A DNA stretch of 64,000 bases from Eledone cirrhosa (taxonomy: Eukaryota), in the NCBI GenBank assembly GCA_964016885.1, contig OZ024760.1, forward strand, positions 23,064,001 through 23,128,000, in the 5' to 3' direction. Every line of letters begins with the position of its first letter. The first letter of the stretch is position 1. Shown piece after piece: positions 1 through 15,554 of this stretch. A program made the translations under genes and the position numbers. The notes under the pieces are model-generated. The model searched no databases and was not told where the DNA came from. It saw only the letters and a program-made list of their open reading frames with translations.

Positions 1-469
1 TTCCAGACTCTGTCCCGATTCATGCCCAGCTCATTTACCATCAGTCGAACAGTCAGCCGACGATCGCTACGCACCATCTGCCTGAAGCGCTCAACGTTGA
101 CCTCGGGCCTGGTTGTTGAGGGCCTTCGGATCCTGGGGCCGTATTGCACCACACAAAAACACGCGAACGTGACATCGTCTCATCTCCATACACTTGCTGC
201 AGCAATTCCATTTTTTTCTGACGAAGTTTTCCCCAACCGTACCAGAAACTTCGAGTTTGTTCGTAGCTCTGTGCTCATTGCTTGACGACCTGAAACAGAG
301 GACATGTATATGAAATTATGTAGAAAAATGTTTGATCGCTGCAGAGAGCTAAGATTACGGTTAGATACTCTAGGGGGATTACTTTGAAGGAGAAAACTGT
401 TCGTGTGAAGTTTGGACTTGAAATAAATCTTTCGTGACATCAGTCGTGGAACTTTTCTGACACACCTCG
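1..469 (-). mobile_element. Decayed Tc1/mariner transposon, 5' end (TIR plus frameshifted N-terminal HTH region), runs off the window start
   Basis: Minus strand begins TA|CGAGGTGTGTCAGAAAAGTTCC (mariner-type terminus). Broken frames read MSTELRTNSKFLVRLGKTSSE / LLQQVYGDETMSRSRVF / PSTTRPEVNVERFRQMVRSDRRLTVRLMVNELGM, a typical mariner transposase N-terminus. Confidence 0.85.
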
Positions 470-501
470 TATATAAATATATATATATATATATTTATTT
501 T

Positions 502-730
502 GGCTTGAGGGCGGCCGACCGGGGTAGAAGCTGTTAAATATTCGGTCGCCGTCATGTCTCTGATTTTCAGCCCCATCAATTTTGTCTATTATATTCCTTT
601 GTTATTTTGAATACCTGATGATGTCACCGAATACCTGATGATGTCATACTGAACCCGGTCATTGAAATGATCATAGTATAATAAACCTTTTCAAGGAATT
701 ACACCAGTCAAGCATCCTGTTATTTTATAA
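502..730 (+). mobile_element. Hammerhead-bearing short element, family C (PLE pseudo-LTR-like)
   Basis: Similar to both arms of 23705-24157. Reads ATAC-CTGATGA...GAAA-TGATCA-TA-GTAT at 631-679 followed by AATAAA, with a 20-bp internal duplication. Flanked by TA-rich tracts. Confidence 0.7.
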
Positions 731-759
731 TATAATATATATATATATATATAAATATA

Positions 760-1203
760 TGCAAAGGTTTTATTTAAAATTGTTTGGTTACAACGAGTAA
801 ATATTTTATAACTGATATAAAAGTACTCAACAAGTTTTGGAGTATTTTACGATATTCATTTTTCATCTCCTCAATATTTCTCTCTCCCATATCTATCTCT
901 CTTTATTCTTTACATACATCTCTTCATTTTCTTCGTCTTCCTCTCTAACTGTCCTTAGCACTATACACTTTCTTTCTTTTTTCTCTTCGTCTTTCTTTCT
1001 AACTGTCCTTAACATTTTCACTACCAAAACAACATTTTAAATGGAAGTTGTAAAGTTTAAGGTATGTCAAATTTATTTATAAAACTGTTTATATATTGTA
1101 TTTTGTCTGAAGAGGGCACACCATATTTTAATATGATATCCCTGAAATATATATAATGAAATAAATATGGTTTTATAAATGTAGTTTCCATTTGTTTAAT
1201 ATC

Positions 1204-1205
<2 letters not shown>
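760..1205 (+). mobile_element. Hammerhead-bearing short element, family A
   Basis: TTGT-CTGAAGA-GGG...CCCT-GAAA-TATATA-TA-ATGA at ~1102-1160, then AATAAA. Homologous to 7257-7635, 17128-17430, 36537-36845 and 51545-51905. Lies between (TA)n tracts. Confidence 0.7.
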
Positions 1206-1241
<36 letters not shown>

Positions 1242-1307
1242 GTGGAACACTGGAAGTTAATATCCGTAGTGGTAGAGCACTCAGTCCAAGGGACGAGTTA
1301 GGTAGAA

Positions 1308-1483
1308 GTGGTTACACAACAGTTAGTTCACCATACCGAGAACAATTGTTTCACCTTAGTGGATCTTCAGCTTGGGATGTTCATGGTTATAGGCATGGCT
1401 ATAACCATGAACATCCCGAGCTGAAGATCCGCTAAGGTGAAACAATTGTTCTCGGTATGATGAACTAACTGTTGTGTAACCAC
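1308..1483. mobile_element. Near-perfect 176-bp palindrome with two outward-facing hammerheads, family B
   Basis: Arms GTGGTTACACAACAGTTAGTTCA... / ...TGAACTAACTGTTGTGTAACCAC, centre ~1395. A degenerate single copy lies at ~20795-20865. Confidence 0.8.
1416..1455 (+). ncRNA. Type-I hammerhead ribozyme (family B)
   Basis: CCGAG-CTGAAGA-TCC GCTAA GGT-GAAA-CAATTG-TT-CTCGG. Perfect 5-bp stem I, conserved core, palindromic stem III, GUU triplet. Mirror copy on the minus strand at 1336-1375. Confidence 0.8.
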
Positions 1484-1564
<81 letters not shown>

Positions 1565-1567
<3 letters not shown>

Positions 1568-1706
1568 GGAACGAGTAGGAACGTCGAAACGGCTTGAGCT
1601 CAGCCGTCGGGGTCCTACTCGTTCCTACTACCCAATCTACTACTCTAAGTATTGAGTAATTTGGTGCGTTATGGTCCATCTGGTTCCTTACCACATTTCC
1701 TTCGTT
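1565..1706 (+). mobile_element. Family H short element (3' half of a hammerhead plus tail)
   Basis: CGAAA-CGGCT-TGAGCTC-AGCCG-TC-GGGG followed by a conserved tail ending CCTTCGTT. Copies at ~5688-5778, 7658-7790, 18290-18481, 20575-20665, 22247-22326, 29176-29357 and 54555-54746. Confidence 0.7.
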
Positions 1707-2999
1707 ATATATATATATATATATAATTATCATTTATTTTAGGCTGTCTACCAGTGGATAGAACTGGTGGTTCGTGTTGGAAAAAGATATTGCAGTAAAT
1801 TAATTAAATCACTCGACGATATGCAAATCATTCATTGTAGATGTGTTGCCCCGTGACTGGTGCAGAAACGGAGTTTAGTATTCATTTAAACAGCAGAAAG
1901 ACGAACTGGATATTTAATTTAGAATGTTATTTCCACCAAAACACTATACATCTTTCTATGGCACTGCTTATCATCCGATAACGTTGCAAGACTGTTATTT
2001 GTAGAATTATATAACAAGGAGACATTGAATACAAACAACTTTAAAACAAAGGACCAAATCGATTCGGAGACGATCTGTCATCGATATAATACCTAATTGG
2101 CAGGCTCTCCCGTAATATAATCGATCTGTTTTCTATTCATTGTTTGTCTGTTTGTAACGATACGTCGTATATATGTGTATCTGTGTCTGGCTAACAAAAA
2201 AATCAGTGTAGAAAAGGCCACGCGAATAGAGGAAAGTAGACCTGACAGTGTGATATCTTTTATATGATAGCTTTAAAAATAACACGCATGACTAATACTG
2301 TAGAATACGAACTCAAAATAGGGGGCGCACATGATAAATATGTTTCGGAATAATATTTGCGGCCCACCATTACAGCATGTTACACCTGCGATGCAGGTAA
2401 ATCTACCAATCTAGCTTTGAAGCTACGCATTTCGTTGGACACGACCCAAGAATTATTTTACTGACATGCTTGGATACAAAATAACCATAACCGTGAACTA
2501 ATCTCTCTTTTTATATGCATATACACATATGTCTGCGTGTCTATCTGCATGCGTGCGTGTTAATACGTCTGTGTGGGTATAGGTGTTAGTATGCTTGTGT
2601 GTCAATCTACATGGATGTGTAGGTATGCGTGTGTTCCAAGATTATTTCAATTTGATACACGTTGGCATGCATATATAAATATAAAATTCACAGTTAGCAT
2701 TCCTTCGCTACCAAGTTGGAAGTAAGTCGGAAGCTCATTACAACGTTTAGAAGTTCATTAATAGGACTTCATATTATTTTTCCGCTGCACATGTCTATGT
2801 ATGTCTTTTATATGTAATAAGAAGTGAACATGCTGTAGAATCTCATTGCTTATTGTGACTATGGCACACTCTTGGCCCTTGAATATAATATTATCTACAT
2901 AAAGATGTATATATATATATATACATGTATATATGTATGTGTGTGTGTGTATGTTTGTGTGTGTGTATTTGCGTTAGCGTTAACATATATACTGATATA

Positions 3000-3068
<69 letters not shown>

Positions 3069-3128
3069 TATGTATATATATATATACAAATATATATATG
3101 TATATATATATATACAAATATATATATG

Positions 3129-3162
<34 letters not shown>

Positions 3163-3166
3163 CATA

Positions 3167-3199
<33 letters not shown>

Positions 3200-3212
3200 G
3201 TATATATATACG

Positions 3213-3262
<50 letters not shown>

Positions 3263-3406
3263 TGTATATATACATATATATATATATGTATATATATATA
3301 TAATGACATATACATATGCATATATATATGTGTGTATACAAATGAATATATAATGTATATATACACATATGCATGCATCTGTATATAGAAAGGTGAGTAC
3401 ATATGT

Positions 3407-3548
<142 letters not shown>

Positions 3549-3797
3549 ATATATTCTCTTACATGTACGAGTATTCAACCTCGTAACTGCAATCATATCA
3601 GACCTCATTAGATTTTGCATTTCGAACAAACAAACAACAAAACAAAATAACAAAAACACATGTCCGATATTGAAAAACGTCACAATATACCCCCACCTCG
3701 TTCCTGAAACCTCCTCTTCTCCTCTCTCTAAGCACACACATATGAATATATATATATATATATAGTTACATACATATAGACACACATATATATACAC

Positions 3798-3828
<31 letters not shown>

Positions 3829-3872
3829 CATACATACATGCCTATATATATATATAATATACTTACATACAT

Positions 3873-3917
<45 letters not shown>

Positions 3918-3951
3918 CATGCCTATATATATATAATATACTTACATATTT

Positions 3952-3988
<37 letters not shown>

Positions 3989-4022
3989 CATACATGCCTA
4001 TATATAAATAATATACTTACAT

Positions 4023-4054
<32 letters not shown>

Positions 4055-4175
4055 GAAATATATATACATACATGCCTATATATATGTAATATACTTACAT
4101 ACATACACACACACATATATTATATATTATGGAATACTGTTGGCTTTTTACTACAATGTTTTTGCTATACCTTTC

Positions 4176-4226
<51 letters not shown>

Positions 4227-4602
4227 GTATATATATATATATATATTTATATATAAATTTGCCTTCTTTGCCGTCTCACTTTCTTTCTCTATCTATCTAT
4301 CTATCTATCTGTCTATCAATCATATAATTTACCTTTCCCTATATCTCTGTAACTATGTCTCAGAAAACTAACAAGGAGCCATTAACGTTTTAACAATTGC
4401 ACGTCGCTCCATGCTTTGGCACCGTTTCTGCCATATCTCGTCGTAGACAATCATTGTAAAACCAACATCATTAGCGCAATATCACCTCATTTCTTACTGC
4501 TTATTCACATACGTCTGTTTACAGAGAGGAACAGTGCAAATTCTCCATTGATCTAGATAAATCTATATAATACGGGGATGGATATTATGTGTATACGTAT
4601 AA

Positions 4603-4649
<47 letters not shown>

Positions 4650-4686
4650 ATATAAGATCAAAAGATGGTTAAAGGAGTTCCATGTA

Positions 4687-4753
4687 TTTTATTATGCGCA
4701 TTTCTAAAACAAACATCATCATGCAATAATATTTGTGTTTTCATCAGATAAAA
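4687..4753 (-). ncRNA. Type-I hammerhead ribozyme (family D)
   Basis: Minus strand: TTTTAT-CTGATGA-AAACACAAAT...GTTTGTTTTA-GAAA-TGCGCA-TA-ATAAAA. Stem I is 6 bp; the loop TGCGCA is palindromic. Confidence 0.7.
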
Positions 4754-4980
4754 CAGGAGAACATGATATGAAGGCTAAAAAACACTTGTGGATAGTGCAG
4801 TTTTAAATCAACATATATATATAGTGGCGAAACAATTGCATGAACACATAATCCTTTATTTACTGTTATATATATATTTCGATGATAGCCATTGAATGGC
4901 TATAACCTCATAAGGCAGTTAGTCAGTTCTTAGATATGCCAGCTCTGTGTTTATAGTGTTGATGGTATCAGAGGCTTGGG

Positions 4981-5067
<87 letters not shown>

Positions 5068-5225
5068 TAGATATATATCGCAGAATCAAGACGTATCTGA
5101 GGACCTTGTGATTTTCAGAGTCAGGTTCGATCAAAACATCGATCGTGCCTCGAGCTGGTCGCCAGAAAAACGATTGTAATATGTCCAATAATCTCCATTT
5201 GTCGCAAAACAGATTCTTTTTTTTT

Positions 5226-5297
<72 letters not shown>

Positions 5298-5307
5298 CTT
5301 GTGAGTG

Positions 5308-5347
<40 letters not shown>

Positions 5348-5475
5348 CACTCACAAGCACACACACACACACACATATATATACGTATATCACATATGCC
5401 GGTATGTATGCATGTGTGTATGCATATATATATCCATGTATATATGTATCTGTATATATTTATATATACAGATAC

Positions 5476-5569
<94 letters not shown>

Positions 5570-5639
5570 CTCTGCATACATGTTTGCATAGAGGCTTGCA
5601 CGCAGGCAAATATATATGCATCTATGTATGTATATATAT

Positions 5640-5687
<48 letters not shown>

Positions 5688-5813
5688 CGAAGGAAATGTG
5701 GTATGAAACCAGGTGGACCATAACGCACCAAAGTGCTCAATACTTAGGGTAGTAGAGTGGGTAATAGGAACCAGTAATATATACCAGTATATATATAAAC
5801 ATGTATGTATGTT

Positions 5814-5882
<69 letters not shown>

Positions 5883-6488
5883 GTATAATAAATAAATATG
5901 AAGAGATATGTGGGAAATGTATAGCCCCACCAACGTTGATACTTGTACGTGCACATACATATTTCATATATTACATTGATACACACATGCCGTTGGAAAT
6001 CAGTACGGTTTCGGTCTTTTAATGTTGAACATTCATTATAGTGCACATTGAGACAAAAGAAAACAGACTGAGTGAAGTTATGCATTTAGCCGAAATACAC
6101 GAGGAGAATGCATCCCAGCTGACAAATAAGGAAAAGAACGTTGCGCGAGGGATTAGCCAAAGTACAATAAATACATTAAAATAAATAAATAGCAAAACGG
6201 AAAATGGTTTCTATTATAGGGACCAGACCAGGAATTTTTAAGGGATGGGAAAGTCGATTAAATAGACCCCAGTACGAGACTGGTACATTATTTTATCGAA
6301 GCCCGGACGGTTTTCAACTAGCAGACAAAGAGAATGACATTTAGTTGTAGAAGAGGCCAAAGAGAAAAGGAATAAGGCAGACCTGGCTGTGTGATATCTA
6401 TTATACGATAGCTTAAATGAAAATAAAACGCACGTATGTCTAATTCTTTAGAACATCAACTCAAAATAGGGAATTGCATCAACATTTT

Positions 6489-6544
<56 letters not shown>

Positions 6545-6549
<5 letters not shown>

Positions 6550-7030
6550 GGAATAGAATGAAACGAAATTTCATTTCTCACTCATAGTACTGCACTTACT
6601 TAAATGTAAGTATGTATGTATGTATACGTACATACATATATGTATACATACGTACAGTACTATGTATATATATAGATACATGCACACATATATATATATG
6701 CACGCATTGGTTTACCGAACATTTATTGTAATGCTCGGTTTGTTGGTTTGTAAACAAACAAACAGCCCGAATTACGCTGTACAGTGTTTAGGCAAGCACG
6801 TCACCTTTTTGTTCAACACTGACACGGGAACGATGTACTAGTTTCAAGCTTATTAACTATCGTGAGCATCGTATACCTTCCTGCCAGTATATAATTTCCT
6901 TATGCATATTAACGGCTAAGCAGTCGAATTTGCATGTATGTATATATTTGCATGTATGTATATATATACATACTACTGTACGTATGTATACATATATGTA
7001 TGTACGTATACATACATACATACTTACATT
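6545..7030 (-). mobile_element. Family F element, older copy with a mutated hammerhead core
   Basis: Homologous to 30845-31782. Minus strand at ~6830-6872 reads ACGATG-CTCACGA-TAGTT AATA AGCTT-GAAA-CTAG-TA-CATCGT. Confidence 0.65.
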
Positions 7031-7129
7031 ATATACATATATATATATATATAAAATTTTAAAATAATTTTTCGAAATGCGCATAATAAAATATACGGAA
7101 CTTTTTAATCCATCTTTTAATTTTTTCGT

Positions 7130-7635
<506 letters not shown>

Positions 7636-7825
7636 ATATATATATATATATATATATAACAAAGAATGTGTAGTAAGATACCAGTTGGGCCAGAAGGAAC
7701 CAGAGAGAACTCGATACTTAGGGTAGTAGAGTGGGCAATAGGAAGAGAGTCATGACCCCGACAGCTGACCTCTAAACCGTTTTGACAGCTAGATGTATAT
7801 ATATATATAAATATATATATATAAC

Positions 7826-7922
<97 letters not shown>

Positions 7923-8062
7923 AGTTATATATATATATATATATATACCTAGTTATATATATATATATATATATATATACCTAGTTATATATATATATAT
8001 ATTTATATACCTAGTTATATATATAATATATAACTAGGTATATAAATAAATATATATATATA

Positions 8063-8126
<64 letters not shown>

Positions 8127-8146
8127 AGGCGTGTGGCTGAGTGGTT

Positions 8147-8340
8147 AGAGTATTGGATTCACAATCGTCAGGTTGTGAGTTCGATTCCTGAACCAGGCGA
8201 TGCGTTATGTCCTTGAGCAAGACACTTTATTTCAAGTTGCTCCTTCTACCTGGAGTTGCGACCGATAGATAGTATTAGCAATTGGAAAGACCAACGGAAA
8301 CATAGTTTGCTCGGTCCGATTTGACGAAAGTCGATCGACT
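8147..8340 (+). mobile_element. tRNA-derived SINE, family 1
   Basis: A-box TGGCTGAGTGG and B-box GTTCGATTCC, followed by a non-tRNA body GTCCTTGAGCAAGACACTT. Near-identical copy at 37021-37232. Confidence 0.8.
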
Positions 8341-8809
8341 AGAATATATATATATATATATATATATATGAATACGTATATGTATGTTCATAACCATATA
8401 TATATATATATAGTTATGAACATACATATACGTATTCATGCATTCAATACGTATGGTCTGCAATATAATATATTTAATAAATATATATATATATAGTGTT
8501 TTAGAAAACCAGAAATTAATGTTTATTACCACATTTAGTGTCTCATGTGCGGTAAAGTGTAAAATAGGTTACGATTTCCAACATCTACAATCAAGGCAAA
8601 TCACCGTAAATTAAAATAAATACGTCTGATGTGTTTCTTTAGAGAGCAAATGAACTATAAATTCAATTGAGATATGAAGTATTAACGCGATAAGACGAAA
8701 TAATATTATACTTTCTTCCATTCGAAAATCTACTACTTCTTAGTATGTACGTATTTATATTTATCAGTAGACGAAACATTTCCTGAGTAAACCTATAATA
8801 TTCTCTCTC

Positions 8810-8840
<31 letters not shown>

Positions 8841-8853
8841 GTATATATATATG

Positions 8854-8906
<53 letters not shown>

Positions 8907-8945
8907 GTATATATATATATATGCCTATACATTAACATACACACT

Positions 8946-8987
<42 letters not shown>

Positions 8988-9031
8988 TATATATACACAT
9001 ATGTATATATATATATGCCTATATATTAACG

Positions 9032-9063
<32 letters not shown>

Positions 9064-9114
9064 CATATAAATATACACACATATATATATACACACACAC
9101 ACACAAATAAAATA

Positions 9115-9166
<52 letters not shown>

Positions 9167-9223
9167 TATATTTATACACATATGTATATATATGCCTAAA
9201 TAGTTACACACACACACATCCAG

Positions 9224-9256
<33 letters not shown>

Positions 9257-9308
9257 AATATATACACATATATATATATTTACATACCCACACAGAAATA
9301 TATATATG

Positions 9309-9368
<60 letters not shown>

Positions 9369-9489
9369 CGAAATAAACAATACATATATACGAAGCGACA
9401 TTGTGCTTCAAGGCGTTTTTTATCTATTATGGAGATTCTTTGTATTTTAATATGAGGGAAAACAAGTGAAATTGGGAGATTTTCCTTTG

Positions 9490-9812
<323 letters not shown>

Positions 9813-10003
9813 TGTTATCACTATCATCATCATAATCATACTGTATATTTCTCAAAATTCCTTAGAATATATATTTGAATACATTTATGGACAATTTCGT
9901 TTCAAGAAATTCCGTACACATATATTCATGTACACAGAAATATATGCAAACACGTGCTCACACACACACTAATACATACATACACACGTTTATATAGATA
10001 CAT

Positions 10004-10064
<61 letters not shown>

Positions 10065-10085
10065 CACACATATATATGCACACAG

Positions 10086-10125
<40 letters not shown>

Positions 10126-10143
10126 ATGTGTATGTGTTGTGTG

Positions 10144-10192
<49 letters not shown>

Positions 10193-10644
10193 AGATAGAT
10201 ATAACATACTAAACGACAATGCATCATACTGTAAGAACAGAGTCTGAACGTTTCGGGAACTAGTCCTTTTTCAGTGGATAAAATGAGAAACATACAATGA
10301 AATTAAAAGATATAGAGTGAGAAAGAACACCTGATTATTCAGTTAGCTATATACTAGGAAATACACATATATTACGGTTATAATCTTAGCACGATTGTGT
10401 TTCCATCAAATCACTAGATGTTATTGGCTTCTTATCTCTGCACTGATGGTTCCTTTAATAACATTAATTAGATTGACGTTACTAACGTGTTAAGTATAGA
10501 GACTCACGTTTCTCTTTTCTTAATAACACATTTGCCGCTGCCAGTTATCTCCCCTGTCGCCCATCTCCGTGTCCTACTCCATAATGTCTAACGAATCAAA
10601 TATACAGTGTCCACCAATGAATAAGTAATCCGATCTATACCTTA

Positions 10645-12295
10645 TTCTTCTTCTTCTTCTTCTTCTTCTTCTTCTTCTTCTTCTTCTTCTTCTCCTTCTC
10701 CTTCTTCTTCTCCTTCTTCTTCTCCTTCTTCTCCTTCTCCTTCTTCTTCGCCCACTTATTTCTGAAAGGGTCATGGAGGTTGGTTCTATCAGAAGCAACC
10801 GTCTGCAACTGATCGAGCTGGATCCCCAAGCATGACCAACCTAGTTCATGGATGTTATCCAAAGATCTTACTCCCGATGTACAGGGTTACCTACCAGTTG
10901 GTTTTGCCCGTAAAATCTGTCCAGCAATTCTTTTTTGAGACATTCTAACCCACATGTCCATAGTATCAGAGCCGTGATCCCTCAAATCGGAGAAGTAGTG
11001 GCTCTACCTGGAGTAACTCTCCAGTGATTCTTTCCTGAGATATTCTACCCACATGTCCATAGTATTCGCAGCTGTGATCCCTCAAATCGGAGAAGTAGTG
11101 GCTCTACCTAGAGTAACTCTCCAGTGATTCTTTCCTGAGATATTCTACCCACATGTCCATAGTATTCGCAGCTGTGATCCCTCAAATCGGAGAAGTAGTG
11201 GCTCTACCTAGAGTAACTCTCCAGTGATTCTTTCCTGAGATATTCTACCCACATGTCCATAGTATTCGCAGCTGTGATCCATAAAATCGGAGAAGTAGTG
11301 GCTCTACCTGGAGTAACTCTCCAGTGATTCTTTCTTGAGATATTCTAACCCACATGTCCATAGTATCAGACCCGTGATCCCTCAAATCGGAGAAGTAGTG
11401 GCTCTACCTGGAGTAACTCTCCAGTGATTCTTTCCTGAGATATTTTAACCCACATGTCCATAGTATCAGAGCCGTGATCCCCCAAATCGGAGAAGTAGTG
11501 GCTCTACCTAGAGTAACTCTCCAGTGATTCTTTCCTGAGATATTCTAACCCACATGTCCATAGTATCAGAGCCGTGATCCCTCAAATCGGAGAAGTAGTG
11601 GCTCTACCTGGAGTAACTCTCCAGTGATTCTTTCCTGAGATATTCTAACCCACATGTCCATAGTATCAGAGCCGTGATACCCCAAATCGGAGAAGTAGTG
11701 GCTCTACCTAGAGTAACTCTCCAGTGATTCTTTGCTGAGATATTCTAACCCACATGTCCATAGTATCAGAGCCGTGATCCCTCAAATCGGAGAAGTAGTG
11801 GCTCTACCTAGAGTAACTCTCCAGTGATTCTTTCCTGAGATATTCTAACCCACATGTCCATAGTATCAGAGCCGTGATCCCTCAAATCGGAGAAGTAGTG
11901 ACTCTACCTAGAGTAACTCTCCAGTGATTCTTTCCTGAGATATTCTACCCACATGTCCATAGTATTCGCAGCTGTGATCCCTCAAATCGGAGAAGTAGTG
12001 GCTCTACCTGGAGTAACTCTCCAGTGATTCTTTCCTGAGATATTCTAACCCACATGTCCATAGTATCAGAGCCGTGATCCCTCAAATCGGAGAAGTAGTG
12101 GCTCTACCTGGAGTAACTCTCCAGTGATTCTCTCCTGAGATATTCTAACCCACATGTCCATAGTATTCGCAGCTGTGATCTCTCAATTCAGCGAAGTGGC
12201 AGCTCTACCTGGAGTGACTCTCTGATCTCCGAGTTACGCACTCTATCGAGTAACGTTACTCCATATACCCATCGGAGAAATACCAATTCGAATCT
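10645..12295 (-). mobile_element. 5'-truncated RTE-clade (Expander/Rex3-like) LINE 3' fragment with (GAA)n tail
   Basis: Broken minus frames read VEPLLLR(I/F)E(R/G)SQL..YYGHV..ISQERI..GQILRAKPTGR..LDNIHELGWSCLGIQLDQLQTVASDR, matching the RTE/Rex3 C-terminus. Confidence 0.8.
10921..12220. repeat. Tandem array of ~13 x 100-bp units derived from RTE coding sequence
   Basis: The unit CCAGTGATTCTTTCCTGAGA...GAGTAACTCT recurs exactly every 100 nt (10921, 11021 ... 12121). Two interspersed unit variants. Confidence 0.95.
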
Positions 12296-12687
12296 ATTTC
12301 CCAGGTGGTGTTATTAAGTTAGACATGGCCTGGGCCAATACTGGCCCAAACCTATCTAAGTCATCAAAGTTATATAATATTGAAAAATTGATGACTGAAC
12401 TGAACCGCCCTGCTCCAGCTGGGCCAGTGGTAAACAGCTGAAACAAGTGAAGAATTACAGAAGCCTTTAATAAGATTCATTCAATTAGTTGTGGGAAATT
12501 AAGCTTTTGCCTAATTAAAAACAAATCCATATTTAACACGCAACTTAAATCACCAGCAGATCACCTTAGGTCGTTTGTATGCATGTTGTTGATGATGGCA
12601 CGTGAATGCGTGTTTGTGTATGTGTGCGGGTACGTTTCAGTGTTTATGTGTATTGGTGTGTAAGAGAGAGAAAGAGAGAACTAGAGA

Positions 12688-12736
<49 letters not shown>

Positions 12737-12973
12737 CACCAGCGGGATTGTATGGGTGCGTGAGTAAGAGAGATCATGTGTGTTGGCGAGTGTGTGTGTG
12801 TAGGTTTGAGTGCTATATGTATGTGTGTATTGGTGTGAGAGAGAGAGAGCGAGAGAGAGGGAGAGAGAGAGTCTTCGGGGTTGTGTGGTTGTATGAGAGA
12901 GTAAGATAAAGCATGTGTATTGGCATGTGTGTCTGTGTGTGTGTGCTTACGTGTGAGGGTATATTGGTGTGTA

Positions 12974-13007
<34 letters not shown>

Positions 13008-13129
13008 GAAAGAGCTAGCGGGGTTGTGTGGGTGTGTGAGTAAGAGATATCATGTGTATTGGCGCGTGTCTCTGTGTAGGCTTACGTGTGAGTATGTTGT
13101 GTAAGAGAGAGAGAGAGACAGAGAGAGAA

Positions 13130-13287
13130 TGAGCGTGGTTGTGTGAGTGTGTGCGTGCGAGAGAGTGATATTGGGAGCGTGTGTAATAGGCGAGTGTGTG
13201 TGTGTGTGATGCTAACCTGTGCGTGTGTATGTTAACGTGTGTGTGTTGTTGTTGTGTAAGAGAGAGAAAGGCAGGGAGTGAGTGAGT

Positions 13288-13341
<54 letters not shown>

Positions 13342-13882
13342 GAATGAACGTGCTTCTGTGTGTGTGTGAGAGAGAGATATTAGGTGCGTGTGTATAGGCG
13401 AGTGTGTGTGTGTGTGTGTGAGCGTGTCTGTGTGTGAGAGAGAGATATTGGGAGCGTGTGTATAGACGAGTGTGTATGTGAGTGTGTGTGTGTATGTGTG
13501 TGAGTGTGTGTGTGCGTGCGAGAGAGAGATATTGGGTGGGAGCATGTGTATAGGCGTGTGTGTGTGTGTGTGTGTGAGCGTGTGTGTGTGCGAGAGAGAG
13601 ATATTGGGAGCGTGTGTATAGACGAGTGTGTATGTGAGTGTGTGTGTGTATGTGTGTGAGCGTGTGTGTGCGTGCGAGGGAGAGCTATTGGGTGGGAGCG
13701 TGTGTATAGGCGCGTGTGTGTGTGTGTGAGCGTGTGTGTGTGCGAGAGAGAGATATTGGGAGCGTGTGTATAGACGAGTGTGTATGTGAGTGTGTGTGTG
13801 TATGTGTGTGAGTGTGTGCGTGCGAGAGAGAAATATTGGGTGGGAGCATGTGTATAGGCGATTGTGTGTGTGTGTATAAGCG

Positions 13883-13921
<39 letters not shown>

Positions 13922-13955
13922 CAGAGAGATATTGGGTGGGAGCGTGTGTGTGTGT
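13130..13955. repeat. Composite GT/GA minisatellite
   Basis: Recurrent GAGAGAGATATTGGG(TGGG)AGCGTGTGTATAG motifs separated by (GT)n. Confidence 0.8.
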
Positions 13956-14323
13956 GGCGAGAGCTGTCTGCGAGGGATGATTCATAAGAACAATGAGAAA
14001 GTACGGAATCACCAAGAACATTTGCTTCTACAGAATGGTTACAGGAAAAGAGCGGTCACGTGTTTCATCGAAGATCTATATTTAAATATTGAATAAGGGA
14101 AACTGAATAGATAGAGGGAGGATAATTAGGAAACACAAACAGGAAATTAATAGGAAACGAATTGTAGAAGTCTGTTATATCGGACGACCATCTTTAGTAT
14201 ACCTTATCAAAGAACTACTATTTTCAATAAATTAATAGAATTTTTCATTTTATTAAAGTTCACCTTTGTGGTCGGGTCTCGGCGTTAAGTTTCAGTCTCA
14301 AATTGCAAATATAATATGTATAT

Positions 14324-14361
<38 letters not shown>

Positions 14362-14362
14362 T

Positions 14363-14404
<42 letters not shown>

Positions 14405-14553
14405 GAGCGAGAGAATTAGGTAGACATCCATACATATTGCATAGACACACACACAAACACACACGTTATAAACACAACACACACATATAGCTATATATAT
14501 ATATATATATTTAAAGAAAGAAAGAGTGAGAGAGAGATATGTATAGAGACACT

Positions 14554-14595
<42 letters not shown>

Positions 14596-15291
14596 CATAT
14601 ATATATATATGTGTGTGTGTGTGTATGTATATACATACATATGTGTGTTTTAGTGTTTAGAACCAATTTATCATAGAGTAATTTTAGACAGACACGTAGC
14701 TACAAGAAACTCTTAACATAACATTTCAATAAAGAATTAGTCTTATATATACATATATATATATGTATATATATATATATATGTATTCGTAGCAACACAT
14801 ATTACACTCACACATACATATATACAACATTATAACAGTCAGTTACACAAGACATACTTAGGTTTCTGTCACACACTGCTCGTCAGTACGCTGGATATAA
14901 TTATGAAAAGGAAATGAATAGATATGATATTCTGAATTCTCTAAATGCGTTGCCCCTATAGAATCCCGATGAAAGATCGTCGAAGATTTTGCATTCATAT
15001 CACATTAACGTAAAACAATTTAAATTAATTCATACATACTTATATATATATAAATACATGCATACACACATACATATTCATAGACATACATACACATACA
15101 CATATACATATATACATACTTACATACATACACATATACACATACACACACACAGACACACACACATATATATATAATGTGGAAAACGAAGAATCAGTGA
15201 TGCATCGGAACACAATTTATTACGTATTACAATTGTTTCTCCAGCGAACTACTGGAGCTGCGATCTGTTTGTAGAAGCTTCCAAGTAACGT

Positions 15292-15325
<34 letters not shown>

Positions 15326-15328
<3 letters not shown>

Positions 15329-15470
15329 GAGGAAGACCAAGGTTAACGCATGTTGATTCCCTAAGGACAGACACCGGTCTGTTGGAGACGGAGGACCATG
15401 GCAGGGATAATGAGGGACAGAGACCGCTGGAGAGAACTCGTCCATGTATCTCGGAGATTTTACCCGCCCT
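15326..15470 (+). mobile_element. Extreme 3' fragment of an RTE-like LINE
   Basis: Reads RGRPRLTHVDSLRTDTGL...RDRDRWRELVHVSR, then (TA)n. Second copy at ~54950-55089. Confidence 0.6.
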
Positions 15471-15472
15471 AG

Positions 15473-15554
<82 letters not shown>

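Noticed and set aside
2382-2414. Helitron 3' end (ACCTGC-GAT-GCAGGT hairpin then CTAG)
   Set aside because: CTAG is not followed by T, no 5' TC end could be defined, and the homologous block at ~6350-6475 does not include it. Too weak.
8147-8225. tRNA gene
   Set aside because: A and B boxes are present but run into a repeated non-tRNA body found twice in the window, so this is a SINE head.
10921-12220. CRISPR-like regular array
   Set aside because: Units are head-to-tail with no unique spacers, derive from RTE sequence, and have no cas genes nearby; eukaryotic context.
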